A stretch of 64,000 bases of DNA from Piromyces finnis finn (lineage: Eukaryota > Fungi > Neocallimastigomycota), in NCBI GenBank assembly GCA_002104945.1, contig MCFH01000018.1, positions 744,001 through 808,000 of the forward strand. Direction: 5' to 3'. Positions 25,301 through 39,836 of the stretch are shown here, in pieces. How positions within the stretch are numbered: the first letter of the stretch is position 1; every line of letters starts with the position of its first letter. The position numbers were made by a program, and so were the translations under genes. The notes under the pieces are model-generated. The model was given only the letters and a program-made list of their open reading frames with translations. It did not search any database and was not told where the DNA came from.

Positions 25301-26858
25301 CATTAAATAAATATTAACATTTCCATTTTTTAATTAGAGTGTTGTTGTTATTGTTGTTTTATGAAAATATATTCAATAAGGTATTTTTTTTTTTTAATTT
25401 CATTTTATTATAATTACCAGTAATAAGAACTAATCCTTGATGAGCATTATTTGAGCTAACAGCAAAAGAAAAAAGAGCATATTCTAAGGAATTCGTGATA
25501 AAAGCACTATTTTTATTTTGAGAATGATGTTTGATATTTGGAATGGATTCCATTTTGAATTCTTCATCAATATCTAAATTATTACGGGTATGATGGAGTT
25601 CCATTTCAAAATCTAAAAGTAAATTGTATAATTTTTCAATTACCATAGGAATATTTGAAAGATTTAAAAGAGTCTCTTGTAATACAACTTTATAACGAGA
25701 ATTATTACTGGATTCCCTTTTGGAAGAATCGTCTATAACTATTGTATTAGTAGCTTCGACGATAACACTAATGTAAATTTTTGGTTCAAACTAAGCAAAT
25801 ATAATTTTAAATTAATACATATAATAAAATACATGTTTAATTATATATATTGAATTATATTTTTTATAAAAATGTTTATTATAAATAAAAAAAAAAAAAA
25901 AACTTACAACAAAGGATTTATTATATATTGATGAATCCAATGAGAATGGCCGTATAATACCATCTAGACATCTAAACATACTATTGTATTATAAATGAAA
26001 TCATATTAATTAATATTAATATCATTTATAAAAAAAATTTTTTTTTATGGAAATATTTATTATTTTTATCCTTTTTTTTTTTTTTAATATCGACTTATAT
26101 CTCTTTTATATATGAATATGAATAGATAGATGGATGATAGTCAATTTTATTGTATTGATTTGGCCAAGACCATTATTAAAAAAATAAATAAATAAAATAT
26201 TTACATTTCAATTGCTTCCGTTATCAAAGGTTTATTTACTGAGGTATCAATAGTTGACATGGAGGAACTAAAATTTATTAAAAAGGTATAAGAATATTCT
26301 GCAGCAATAGAAATAATTTTAGTGTGAGGAAAAATGATATATTCTGATTTTTTTGAGGTAGAAGTAGATGTTGAAGAGGAAGAAGAAGAGGAAGGTGAAT
26401 TTAACATTTTTATATTATCTTTGCTGGGCTTAATAATTTTTTGTTGTTGTTGAAAATTCATGGAATTGGAGTGAAAGACTGTCCATGAAAATTGTGGATC
26501 TGAAGTAATTTCTAGAATTTCTATTAAATTATTATTTTCATTCTAATTATTAATAATATTATTATAGTTGTGAAAAGGAAAGTGTGATATATGAAAAAAC
26601 AATGTTGATAATTTGAAATTAACCATTATAGATTATTTGAAAAATGTAGAATAAAAGAAAATAAAAAAATTCAATTTTTCAATTTTAATTCATATTCATT
26701 AAGATTTAATATTAATTTTGATATAAAGTTGATAGAAATTTATATATATGTATATGTATACAAAGGGAATAGAATAAAGATAAAAGTTAATAAATTATTC
26801 TAAAATAAAATCAATTAAAAGTTGTATTAATAAAATCCATAAATTTTATAGAAAGCTT

Positions 26859-26910
<52 letters not shown>

Positions 26911-27126
26911 CATTCCATTTATCATGATTCGTTAATAAATAAATAAATAAAAATTAATTACTTTTAAATCTTCCACATTAATAGATGTAAACATATGATT
27001 TAATATCCATCTTTCGTATTCTGAACGTGAATACATTAAAGGATTTTTAATATATACCACGACATTTCGTGCCTTATCCAATTGTCTATTTGATTGAAGT
27101 CGTTTTGTTATTTTTGAACTTTCCAT
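15016..27126 (-). CDS. SZT2: SZT2 (KICSTOR complex scaffold) ortholog, multi-exon, roughly 3300 aa
   Basis: Exon translations follow my recollection of human SZT2 in order: N-terminal KARNVVVYIKNPLMYSRSEYERWILNHM; YIIFPHTKIISIAAEYSYTFLINFSSS; VTIIQVGSS...NFGYVVDNEQLRFIALATSGKFL; LDHVLATRLREGF; C-terminal INTICFYLWLK*. It includes ORFs 26932-27165, 26201-26461, 25359-25646, 19892-25045, 16651-19647, 15644-15985 and 15016-15396. Internal exon borders were not all resolved. Confidence 0.9.
26860..26910. repeat. Poly(T) tract of about 51 nt in SZT2 intron 1
   Basis: Uninterrupted T run. Confidence 0.9.
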
Positions 27127-28920
27127 TTTGACTTGTTTTTTTTTAAATTGTACTAAACCAACCAATATGAAAAATGTATGTTATGAAAAGAATATATATA
27201 TATAATAAATAAATATTAATTAATGTTATAAACTCTAATTACATATTTAAAAAAAAAAAAGTTCATTTAAAAAAGGTATTAAATTACTAAATGACTATAT
27301 TAAGAAATCCAATTTTTATTAATTCCAATAATTATTATAAAGTCATATTTCGAATTTTGAAATTCGTTTAATTAAAAAAAAAAGTTTTTTTTAATTTTAT
27401 ATTGGATTTTTTATATTGGACAAAATTATAAAGTATTATCAAGCAATAAGCAATGGTATAAATATATATCATAAACTTTATAAAAATAATCTTTTTTTTA
27501 AAAAAAAAGATTAATTTTTAAAAAAAAAATAAAAAATGAAAAGAAATTTTACCAATATATTTATAGTTTTTTTTAAAATTTTGTTTCTTCAATTTCTACT
27601 TTTTTTTATTTATTGTTATTTATAATTTTTTCATTACTTTTATTGATAAATAATATATATTATATAAATGGTTTATTGTTGTATATTAATTTTCTTTTTC
27701 TTTCTCTATTATAACTTTACAAATATATTTTTATTTTTATTTTGAAATATGTAATAATATTTTTTTTTTTTTTTTTTGGTAAAAAAAAGATGCAAGAATT
27801 ATTAAACAAAATAACTGAAAAATTATCCAATAAATTGGTTAATTCAAATCTTGATGTAATTAAATATTTTTTTTTCTTTTACAATTTTAAATTTGTTGCT
27901 TTTAACTTGATAAAAAATTATTATTAAAATAGTTTTATTTGTTATTGAAATATATTTTATTTTATTGATGATATGATTTAAAATGAAGAATAATATTGAT
28001 TTATATTTTATCTTTTTTTTTTTTTTATCTAGTTTATTATAAATTAATGAATTTTTTCTTTCTTTTTTTCTTTTTTTTAATTGTATAAATAATTTATATG
28101 TATTCAATTAATAGTAATTATTTATTCTTATTTATTTTTCTGTTCTAAATAATGATTTGAGAGGAGGAGAGGGAAAGGATGTGTATATAAATATATAATA
28201 ATAAATTATAAAAAGTATTTTTAAAAAAAAAAAAAAAAAAAAAAGGAAAAATTAAATTATTGAGATTTCAAATAAAGCATTCCACACTCTTTTTTTTTCT
28301 ATATATAACATCAAAATGATTTTTTCTATAATTCACTTTTTCCTTTCCGTTAACTTATAGCATAGAAAAGAAAAAAAATAGATAGCTTATTATTATCCTT
28401 TTGCTTTAAAGGTTAATATTATATTTAATTTTATTCATGTTATTTAAATATTTCTTTATTATAAATATATATTTATATCATTAAAGAAATTGTTTAATGT
28501 ATTATATAAATTGAAAGATTCAGTTTGATTTAAAATGTTATAATGGTTAAAACTATTTTTTTTTTTCTTTTTATTTTATTTTATTTTTATTTTTTTAATA
28601 AAAAAAAAAAAAAGTAAATAGATTAATTTAATTTTTACTTTTAAAAATTTTATTCAAATGTATTTCTTAATAAAACTAAAAAAAAAAAGTATGTAAAAAG
28701 AATAAAATCTTCTTATAACTAATTTTTAAAATGAATATTAAAGAAGAACATTATATCTATAGAAATAACAATTATAGTAATAATAGTAATAATATCCATT
28801 TAACAAAATATAAAAATGTTTATATCTTTTTTTCTTTTTTCTTTTGAAATACTATTATTAATTAAAAGAAAAATTAATGTAATGATATTATTATCATTAC
28901 ATTATTATTTTTTATCAAGA

Positions 28921-29183
<263 letters not shown>

Positions 29184-30948
29184 GTTACTCTAATTATTAT
29201 TATTTAACATTATTATTATTACTTCTGGTACTACTACTACTAATAATAATAATTATAAGTACTTTTTAATATTTCGTCAATATTTATTTATTTTTGAATT
29301 TTAATAATTATAAAATAACTTAGGAAAAAAAAGTTTTAATTACCATTTAAAATGTTATCATTAAAATACAAACCCTCTTGATTTAATTAAAACTATTTTA
29401 TTTTCTTTTCGTTATAATAATACATTCTATAAATCAAGTTTATAAAAATACCTTTTAAAAGTTAAAAAAATAAATGAATAATCATATAAATACATAAACT
29501 CCACATAATATTTATAATAGTTGATACTATATATATATAAAGAAAAAAAAAAGCTTTGTAAAAGTTGCCTTCTTCATTACCCTTTTTTATTTTCATTACT
29601 CTTTCATCTTTTTAATTATTATAATATAATAGATTATATAATATAATATATTATTAATTTATTACAATATATAAGTAATTTAAATTTAATTAAATTTCCA
29701 AAAATAGAAAATATTTCTTTAAACTATTTGAATGAAAAAAAGAATAATTAAAAGATAAAACTTTTATTTTATAATATTTTTTAAATAAAGAATGTCTTTT
29801 ACCATAATGATAAAAAGTAATTTTTAATAAGTAAAATATATTTTTTTAAAAAAAAAGGTTTTATTTTTTTGTTAACTTTTATTTTTGTATTTAGATTTTT
29901 TTTTTTTTTTTTTTTTGGAATATTCATTTAAAAATTCAAAATTACTGCCCAATAAAAAAAATCTTGTCTTCTTTTAGGTAATTGAAATTGATATAATGAA
30001 AAAGAAACAAAAACTAAAATAAAAAAAACTTTAATTATCAATGAATTAGAGTTTTTTAAAAAAAAAACCAAAACCAACAAAAAAACCACTTAAAATTCAT
30101 TAGTTTTAAAAGAAAGTAAAAAATGAATTCCTTCTATCTGTCAATAGTTGAATTTTTTTTTTTTTTTAATTAATTTAATTATAATAATAAAATATTAAAA
30201 TAAATATTTAATCTATTTTTTAATTAGAAAAATAATTTTTCTTTTTTACATTGCCAATTTTAAATAAAAGAAAAATGGCTTTTCCTTTTTCCTTTTATTT
30301 TAACTTTTTCTTTTATTTCTATTATTATAATTACTATGAAATAAAAGATTTTGTTATTTATGACAATTTATTTATTTAAAAATCTTTTTAGTTGTTGTTA
30401 TTTAAAAGATAATAATATTTATTAATAGTAATAAAGAAAAGATTAAAAAAATGAATCAAATGTCATTGTATTATTAAATTTATATTGTAATATATGTTTC
30501 AAATATATTAAAATTAATTCATGATTTAAACTTTTTTAAATTAAAATTCGATAATTCTATAAAAGCAAAACAAAAAAAAAATCAAAACTATTAAATATTA
30601 ATTTGGCAAGAAAATATAAAATATAAAAAGAAAGACATTTTCTTTTTTTTTTTTAACTTTATTGTTTTTATATATATATATAAACAAGAAAGACTTATTA
30701 TTATTTACCTTTTGATATTTTTTTTTAAAAAAAAAAACAACTAAAACAAATATATTGAGTAACTACAACAAATATAATAAAATTAATATTATATAAATTA
30801 TTGAATAATAATAACAAAATAAAAAAAAAAAACTATATTGTAAAAATACAAAAAAGTAAAAACAAAAAAAGTGGAGATAACACTAAAAATATAATTGTTA
30901 TATAAAAAAAGGGGAGAAAAAAACAGAAATATATATAGAATATTAAAA

Positions 30949-32795
30949 ATGAAAACACTAGATACACCTAATAAAAAAATTATTATTGATAGTGAACAAC
31001 AAGATAAAAATAATTTGTCAACACCAACGTCACAAAAAGTAAGACTTGAAATGACAATGGAAAAAGCAGAAGAATTATTAAGTAGACCAGAATCTAATCG
31101 TACTATCCAGTTACCAAATGGTCAAAAAGTATGTATAACGGAATCTGGTGATCCCAATGGTATACCTGCCATAATGATGTCAGGAATGGGTATGCATAGG
31201 TAATTATTCCAAAAATTAATATATATTATTCTATCCTTGTGCATAACTCGATATTATAAATTTTTTTACTTTTCTAAAGATAATATGTATATACATAGCA
31301 ACAAAAAAAAATAGTAATTGTATATTTGAATAAATTAGAATAGTAAAATATTAGAGTAATAAAATAAATATTTCTATTATTATTGTTATTATTCTTTTAC
31401 TTTTTCATATTACTATTAATATATATTTAATATTATTAAACCTAATAATTGTTAATTGTTACTGAAAATAAAAAAAAAAACATCATCCATTAAATTTAAT
31501 ATATTAACTTTTTTTATATTATTGGTTTTTTTTTTTTATTTTTATTTTTGCTATTATTCCTCTTTTACACCCATATCATATCTAGTCGTAAATACGTACT
31601 TTTACTTAATAATTATGGTGTAAAATATAAAGTTAGAATCATTGGATTTGATCGTCCTAGTATTGATGGTTCTGACCCAATTTATTTTAAAAAAACATCT
31701 AGAAAACCAAAAAAGCAAATAAAGAAAAAATCAATGTCACTCCAAAATACCAACTCCAAGAATAATATCGAAAATTTGAATTCCTCTGAAGTGAATAAAG
31801 AGAAAGAAGAAAAAGATTCTTCCTACAAATTAAAAAAGGGACAAGTAGATTTAAAAGTTTATGCTGAATGGGTAGAAGCTATAATTGATACTCTAGGTAT
31901 ACAACGTCTTCATTTAATGTCCTTATGTATTGGAGGATTATATGTGTTAGGCTGTGTTAAATATTTTAAACAACCAGAAAAAATTGTTGGACCACTTTAT
32001 TTGATTGCTCCATGGGCTAAGGCACAAAAATGTGTCACTTCAGTTCGTTTTGTAGATAAATGTATACCAATACCAGTTATTCGTTTTGCAATGACATGCT
32101 ATTACAAACTTATAGGCTACATGGTACCTAATGCTAAAAAAAGTCCTAATGCTTTAATGTTTCGTTTAATTCATGTAGATGAAAAAACAGATCCATTAGG
32201 TGGACGACGTCTTCTTTTTTCAAAAATATTAAAAAGTGGTTTTTTCCTTAATGAAACAAAACAAATTATTCATGATGACTGGTAAGTATCAAAAAAAAAA
32301 AAGTAGTAATACTATAAAATAAAAGAAAATAGTATAATATTAAAAGTTTTTGGCATAAATTATTTTAATTATATAAATATATTAATTTTTATTTCTTTTT
32401 TTATTTTATTTTAATTGATTATATTTAAACTATATGATATTGTCCTCAATTTCTTTCACTAAAAAAAAAAAAAAAAAAATAATCACTTTATACAATTATT
32501 CTGTTTTTCCATATTTATTCTATTCTTTTGTTGTTATGGCATATTTATAAATAGGGAACTAGGATTTTGTGTAAATTCTAATAATAAATTAGATTTTTCA
32601 ATTATTAATAAAGATGTTATTATATATCATGGTACCAAAGATAAATTAATTCCTGTAAAAAGTTCAAAATACCTGATTGATAAATGGAATCCAAATTTTA
32701 AAGCTGAATTGCATTTGAAAAAAGGTAAAAATCATTCCAACATTAAAGGTTCATGTTTAAATGACATATTTAAAAGTATTGTGGAACATTCTTAA
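30949..32795 (+). CDS. Alpha/beta hydrolase fold protein; exons 30949-31199, 31586-32281, 32555-32795
   Basis: ESGDPNGIPAIMMSG, RIIGFDRP, elbow LMSLCIGG, IYHGTKDKLIP and C-terminal His (GKNHS). GT-AG junctions keep the frame. Exon 3 is not in the ORF track. Confidence 0.85.
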
Positions 32796-35700
32796 AAATT
32801 AAGTTAAAATTCCATAAGTGGATTAATTTTTTTTTATTTTCATTAACATTTTTAATTAAAAAAAAAAGCCTATTTCAAAAATTATAAATAACACCACACC
32901 ACTATCCTATCATAAAAATTCAATCATTATTATTAAAAATAATGAATTTAAAAAAAAAAAAAAGATATTTATTTTCACGCTTTACTCTATAATAATAAAA
33001 AAGTTGTAACAACTCTTTTTGATTAACAGATAAATATCAAAAAGAAAAAGAGAAAATATTTATATATTATCAATATTATCATCATTTTCTTTCTTTATTA
33101 TTTATAACCTATATTTTTTTATTTTTGGAAAATAAAAAGAAAGAAAAAAAAATTATTATTTTATATTTTGAATTATCATATTATATATTCTATATATATT
33201 CTACCTTTTGAATATCTTATATCATATTTATATCTATCTATCTATTATTAATATTTCAAAAATATCAATATCTATCAATAATATTGAAAGCAATAACAAC
33301 AACAACTGCAACAATAGCATTAATAACAACAATAATATTAATATTAACAAAAACAATAATACCAATAATAACGTCGATAACAATTCTAAAAATAGCAAAT
33401 CATAATAATAATTATAATAATAAAAAGTATCATAAAAGAAAATTATATTAATGATACTACAGAAAATTATATAATAATTATAATTTTATATAATATATAT
33501 TATTATTATAAATTATTTATTTATCAGTATATATTCCTTTACAATGTATAATAATTGTAAATAATATAAATGATATCTAATAATCCTAAAAATTTTATTA
33601 TTACTATTATTTTTGTATGTCTATATCATTCATTTATTCCTTCCTTTATTCATTAAAAAAAAAAAGATTTATATAAACATAATATTATTTATTTGAATAT
33701 ATTATTAAAATATAATTATTAGATATGTTACTTTTTTACACACGTATACACTTTTTTTCTTTTTTCGAAAAACACAACTATTAATAATTACTATTATTAT
33801 TTTAATTAAAAAAAATTATAATAACAAAATAAAATAAAATAAAAAATAAAAAATATTTTCAATAGCTATCTTATTAATTTTATTTTAAAAAAAAAATTAC
33901 ATTTTATAAAAATTATATAATATATATTTAACCTTTAATAGAAGTAAGAGAAATGATTTAAAAGTATATTTTTATGTTCCTACTTGGTGGAACTTTAACA
34001 TAGGATGACTTAATAAATTGATAAGGCAGAATAAATACCCATTTGAATGTACAGCTCTACAATTCATCAGAGTCTCATGTTACTATCATCTCTATGACAA
34101 TACATTTTAATAGGTTTAATAAGACACCTAACATAATCAAAAATGCCGACGTCTTACCAGCCGATATAACAAAAGGAACATTACAAATATTTCATACACA
34201 AAGTTCAATGCTGTATTAAGGACTCCTAAGTGAATTTAGAAGATACTACTACACTATCCTACCTGATGTTGCTTTTCTTTTTTTTATTTCATTTGATTTA
34301 TTAAGGGATCTTAAACAGTATAAATTATATAAATTATTGAGTTTTTATATAACTTTAACTTTATAATATTAAACAGAACAACTAACTACAAAAGTAGACT
34401 TTGATCTTTAATAAGCAAAACACATTTTATTAGTATATATATTCTTATAAGTTATCCTTATTATTTTCCATTTTATTTATAATTTATTTTAATAATATCA
34501 CTTACAATTAATTAAATTTTAAAAAATAGATCAATAGAGTATAATCTTTTTCTTTAAATCAATGCACTTTATTTCTTTTTAATAATATATTTAAAATTTT
34601 ATTAAAAATAAATGTTTATAAAGCAAGCATCTATATAAAAACTTTTTTTTAATAATTAGTAAAAAGTAATGATTTCATAATGAACATAAAGAACAAAAAA
34701 AATAAAAAGTCTTTCTTTTTTTTGGTGGAAGGTTCATAAACCTGAAAACCCTGAAAAAAATTTCAGTTACAGCCTTTTCTGGCCATTTAAAAAAAAAAGA
34801 TTTAATTATTAAAGGTGCAAGTTTTTCCTTAACCTTTTATTATAAATTAAAGTTTTACTTTTTTAATAAAAAAAAAACGTTTTTTACTTTTTATATTAAA
34901 TAAGATTTGACATGTTGATGTTGGTAAATTAACATGTTTTTTTTTTAAAAAAATATACACAAAAAATCACATTAACAAAAAAAATGAATAAGAATCTAGA
35001 GGTTTAATTGTACCAAACTATAGTATGATATTAAAAAAAAAAAGAGAGAGAAACTATTCAAAATATTTAAAGAAAAGTGGACTTTTTTTAAATAAATAAA
35101 AAATAAAAAATTAATACTATTGCCTATTACTACGAAGTACTAAAAAAAAATAGTTTTTTTTTATATATTATCTATTAATAGAGTATAATGTAATATATTG
35201 ACAATTATTTACTTTCTATTTAATAATGATTTTTTTGAAACTGATTTTTCGATAGATTTTATCAAATTTAATGAAATATATTGAAATAATATATTTAATA
35301 TAGTTATATAACAATATAAAATAAAATTAATTAATAATGTTTTATGTTAATATATAATAAATTCTATTCTATTGTTATAGATAAAAAATAATCAACGTAT
35401 GATCAATACTATTATTAATATATTTATTCTTATATATTAATATATAGATATTTAATTTCAAAATATATTAAAATTGAATTGTAATTAATCAAAAAGATGA
35501 AAATTCTTGAAATAATTCAAGGTTTGACAAATCATTAATTTAGTTTATTTTAATTTAAATAATTTACACAAAATTAATATTTTCTAGACCATAAACTTTA
35601 ATTAATAGTAGAAACTAAAAATAAACTTTGAAGTAATTTATTATTTAATTTAAAAATCTCCATATTACTTAAATTAAACCATAATATAAATTTTATTAAA

Positions 35701-36424
35701 TAATATAACTATAAATTAAATTTTTGAATTAAATGATGGAACGAGTCAATATAATATAAATTGGTGATTATTCTTACCTATATATTATAATATTATATTA
35801 TATATTAAATCAATTAAATATATAATTCATATATTACACATATATTATGTTTTGGCATGAAATTGGGATTTTTTTAATATCAAAAAAATGAATGAATGAA
35901 TAAATTAATTTATTAATAAATAAAAATAGGTAAATAAATAGATGAATAAATTAATAAATAAATAATAAATTTTATTGAAATAAATTATATTTATTAAATA
36001 ATTTATTATTATTTAATAATAATAAATAATATTATTATTTCATATTTATTAATATTTATTATTATTATTCCCATATTTCATAGATTTCATAGTCCATAGA
36101 GTTATTGTTTAAAGAGGATAAATTTCATTCATTTTTTTATTATTTAATATTTTAGTTTAGTATTCTTTTCATACTTTTTTGTTAATATCTTTTTCTTTTT
36201 ATAAACTTTTTCTCATTTGCTTTATATTATTCAAATGGTATATTTTAATTAATTATAATATATATTTATTAATTAATTAACCACTTTAAAAATTATTTAT
36301 AGAAAAAAGAATAAAAACTTTATTTTATATAATTTTTTTTTGGTTATTTCAATGTTTTGGTTTGGTAATAGTTTTGGTAGAAAAAGAAAAAATGAAAACA
36401 TTTATTATGATGCTGACTTTTACT

Positions 36425-36471
36425 ATTTCCATTTCCATTTCCATTTCCATTTCCATTTCCATTTCCATTTC
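36425..36471. repeat. (ATTTCC)n hexamer microsatellite
   Basis: Seven to eight consecutive units. Confidence 0.9.
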
Positions 36472-37202
36472 TATTATTTTTTAAAACAATGGAATTATTT
36501 TAATAAAATATAAAAAAAGAAAAAGAAAATGAGGAGATAAAAAAACCTTTTTTTTTTCATTTTTTATTATTAAATTTTTTTTAAATCATAATTACTAATA
36601 ATTAAAAATTACATAATAAGAAAAAAAAAATTTTTTTTTTTCCTATAAAAGCAATAAAAAAAGGATCAAAAAAATTTTTTTCTTTTTTTTTTTTTTATAA
36701 GAAAATAGTATTGTAAATAGTGAATTTTTTTATTAGTTCTTTCTCTCTATAACTATACAAAAGAGTAAAAAGAAAAAAATAATAATAATAATAAAAAAAA
36801 AAAAAATAGACAATTTAAATTCATAATACAATATATAATAGTAATAATAAAAAAAAATCTATGTATTTTTTTTTAAATATAATCATCAATTCATCAACAA
36901 TAATACTAACTAATTAAAGTAAAAAAAAATACTTTTTTGTAAATATTTTTTTCTATGAAAAAAAAATTTATTAAGAGTATATAAATATAACAATAATATA
37001 TATAATTTTTGTTAAAATAGAAAAACATTTTTATTGTATATAAATAAATTTATACATTAAAAAAAAAGGAAAAAGATTAATATTTATTATAAAATAAACA
37101 AATAAAATTTAAAAAAAAAAAAAAACGAATCAATAATATATCTAAGTTTTTACTTAACAAAAAAAAATATAATTAGTAAAAAAGAAAAAGAAATAAAATA
37201 AA

Positions 37203-38423
37203 ATGGCTTTTGATGTCGGTATTATTAATACAATTGTAAAAGTTGGTGAAATTATCACTCAACCAATTACTGATAAATGGTTCTATTGGGCTATGTTAAC
37301 ATTTATTCTTCACCACAAAGATTGGAAATATGCCAGCTTTAATATTGCTATATTCATGTGGGTAGTTCATTCTATAGCTTTAATGTACCCTAAAGTTATT
37401 TCCTTTATCGGTGAAAATACTGAAAATAAAATGGATGATTTAAAAAAATGGAGATTTGAAGATGTTCCACAATTTATCTTTTATTATTTATCAGAAATTA
37501 TTGGTGATTGGTAAGTTTTTTTTTTAAGAAAAAAATCATGAATATAATCATTTAAAGTAAATAGTAAATACGGAAAAATAATAAATAGGAATGTTTTTTT
37601 TTTATTTAATATAATCATATAATAATATTATTAAGAGAAAAATTAGATAAAAAGAAATATTTTTAAATTATTTAAAATATTAATTCTTTTTTTTTTCAAC
37701 TTTTTTAGGTATATTTTCTTTATTCTTGTAAAATATGTTCCACGTAGTAAATATGGAATTGCTGGTTTATTATGTATCATTTCCAATTTCATTAAAGTTC
37801 TTATTTGTGTTGTTATTTTCAGTGAAGAAGATGGTTGTAAAGTTACTGAAGGTAATCCAAAACCAGCAGGTTTCAATTGTTTCAGAGACTCTGAATTATG
37901 GCAAAAGTATCAAAAATTAGAATGCTTAAATATTCTTTTTACTGCACTCTACTATGGTACCTGTTTCATTATGTTTAAATCTGCCAAAGATGAACATGAA
38001 AATCAAAATAAATTAAATCCATCTTCATTCACTATTGTTAAGAAATTCCGTCGTGATTCAAAGTACCGTATGATGTTATCTAGTATTTTTGCTTTGGTTT
38101 CATGTTGTTTTGCTATTCCATTTATTAAGGATACATTTACTCATAATTTTGAATTCCGTCTTGAAGTTACTCGTGAAGCTATTATGAGTTTATCTTACTA
38201 CATGATTTATATAGATCAAATTCTCAAATCTGAACAAAGTGGTGGTCAAGCCTTCCGTTCTACTTCTAATGATCCAACTTCAAGTTTCTCAAACACTAAA
38301 TCAGGATTCTCTTCAAAGGGTGTATTAGATAATTCAAAGATTCATGATGGTACAGATTTCGGTGCTACTCCATGGAATAATAATAGTAACTTTAACTATT
38401 CTTCCAATTATAATAATTATTAA
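37203..38423 (+). CDS. Multi-pass (about 7 TM) membrane protein of unknown function; exons 37203-37510 and 37709-38423
   Basis: The junction tg|g gives EIIGDWYILL and links ORFs 37203 and 37971 in frame. Several hydrophobic helices, YYMIYIDQIL motif, Ser/Asn-rich tail. Confidence 0.8.
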
Positions 38424-39289
38424 GATTAAATTCTCATTTTTTTATTTTTATTTTGTTAAATCTTGGAATAAAATAAAAATAGTTAAAAAAAAATAAAACA
38501 CCATAGAATATATTTAAATATTTATATAACTAAACCAAAAAAAAAAAAAAGAAAATTTTTATTTTTCTTTTGAAAATTATTATCATTATAAAAAATAAAA
38601 TAAAATAAAATAAAAATAAATTATATATTTATTATCTTAATATTTTTAATTATCAAAAAAAAAAAAAAAAAGGTTATTTAGTAAATAATCAGCTATAAAG
38701 CTTTATAGAGTTAAAAAAAAAATAAAACAAATAGATTTTTGAAATTGTACTCTACACAATAAATATTTATTTATTAATCCATTTATAAATCAATAAAAAT
38801 TATAAAATAAAATAAAAAGTCATTTCTTTTAATTTTTTTTTTTTAAAAAAAAAAATCTTTATCAATGAAAATAAATAGTTTATAATAATAATAATAAAAA
38901 AAAGAAAATATTTTCTCTCATTAAATACATATAAAATCAATAGTACTTGAAATTTATTTAATATTAACACTATGGGAAATGTTCCATTAAATTAAATACA
39001 TTTCTCTTTCATTATACAGTCATATACAAGATACTAACATACTTTTTCTTTAATTGCTAAAATACCACTTCATTAAAAAAAAAAAAAGTAACACAAAATT
39101 CTTTCAATAACAAGAGCCAATAAAATAACATCAATCTAATATAATATATATTGAACAATATAATATTATTATATTGTTAATATATTATTACTATTTATTT
39201 ATCTTTTTTATAAATGAGTTAAGAGGAAAAAAAAAAAGATAAAGTACTTTTTTCATAAAAAAAGCATACTAATTAAAAAAAAAAAAAGA

Positions 39290-39802
39290 ATGCCAGGAAT
39301 TGATTTACACGATTTACAAGACAGTAACTTATGGCTTGTTGCTGGTGAAGGAAATATTGAAAAAATTAAAGTAATTATTAAAAAATAAATATAATATTAT
39401 CAAAGAGTGAATAAATAGAGAATTAAGAAAAGTTTATGAAAAAATTATTAAAATATTATCTTTTTTTAAGTAACAATAAAAAGATATAAAACGTTGAATG
39501 TTTAAATATATTTTTTTTTATAAAAAAAGAAAAAAGAAATTTATATTTATTGATATCTATTATTCCTTTTCTCTTATTTTTTTTCTTTTTTCAACTACTA
39601 ATAGAGATATTTAGAATATGGAGGTCCAAATAACTCAAAAATGGATATTAATGCTAAAGATGAATATGGTTATACCGCTCTGTAAGTTTTTATTTTTTCC
39701 TTTATAAAAAAGAGAGAGGAATATTTTTTGCAATTTTAAACAAAATTAAAAAGAAAGGCATTTGTTTAATCAATTAAGTTTGAAATTCAATTTTATAGAA
39801 AT

Positions 39803-39836
<34 letters not shown>

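Noticed and set aside
26860-26910. Poly(A) tail of a retroposed insert in the SZT2 intron
   Set aside because: No TSD or element body is visible, and long homopolymers are common throughout the window.
34030-34075. Hammerhead ribozyme on the minus strand (CTGATGA plus hairpin)
   Set aside because: Followed by CAAA instead of the required GAAA. Stems I and III were not found.
34240-34258. U2 snRNA-like GTGTAGTA on the minus strand
   Set aside because: Flanks do not match U2 stem I or the Sm site.
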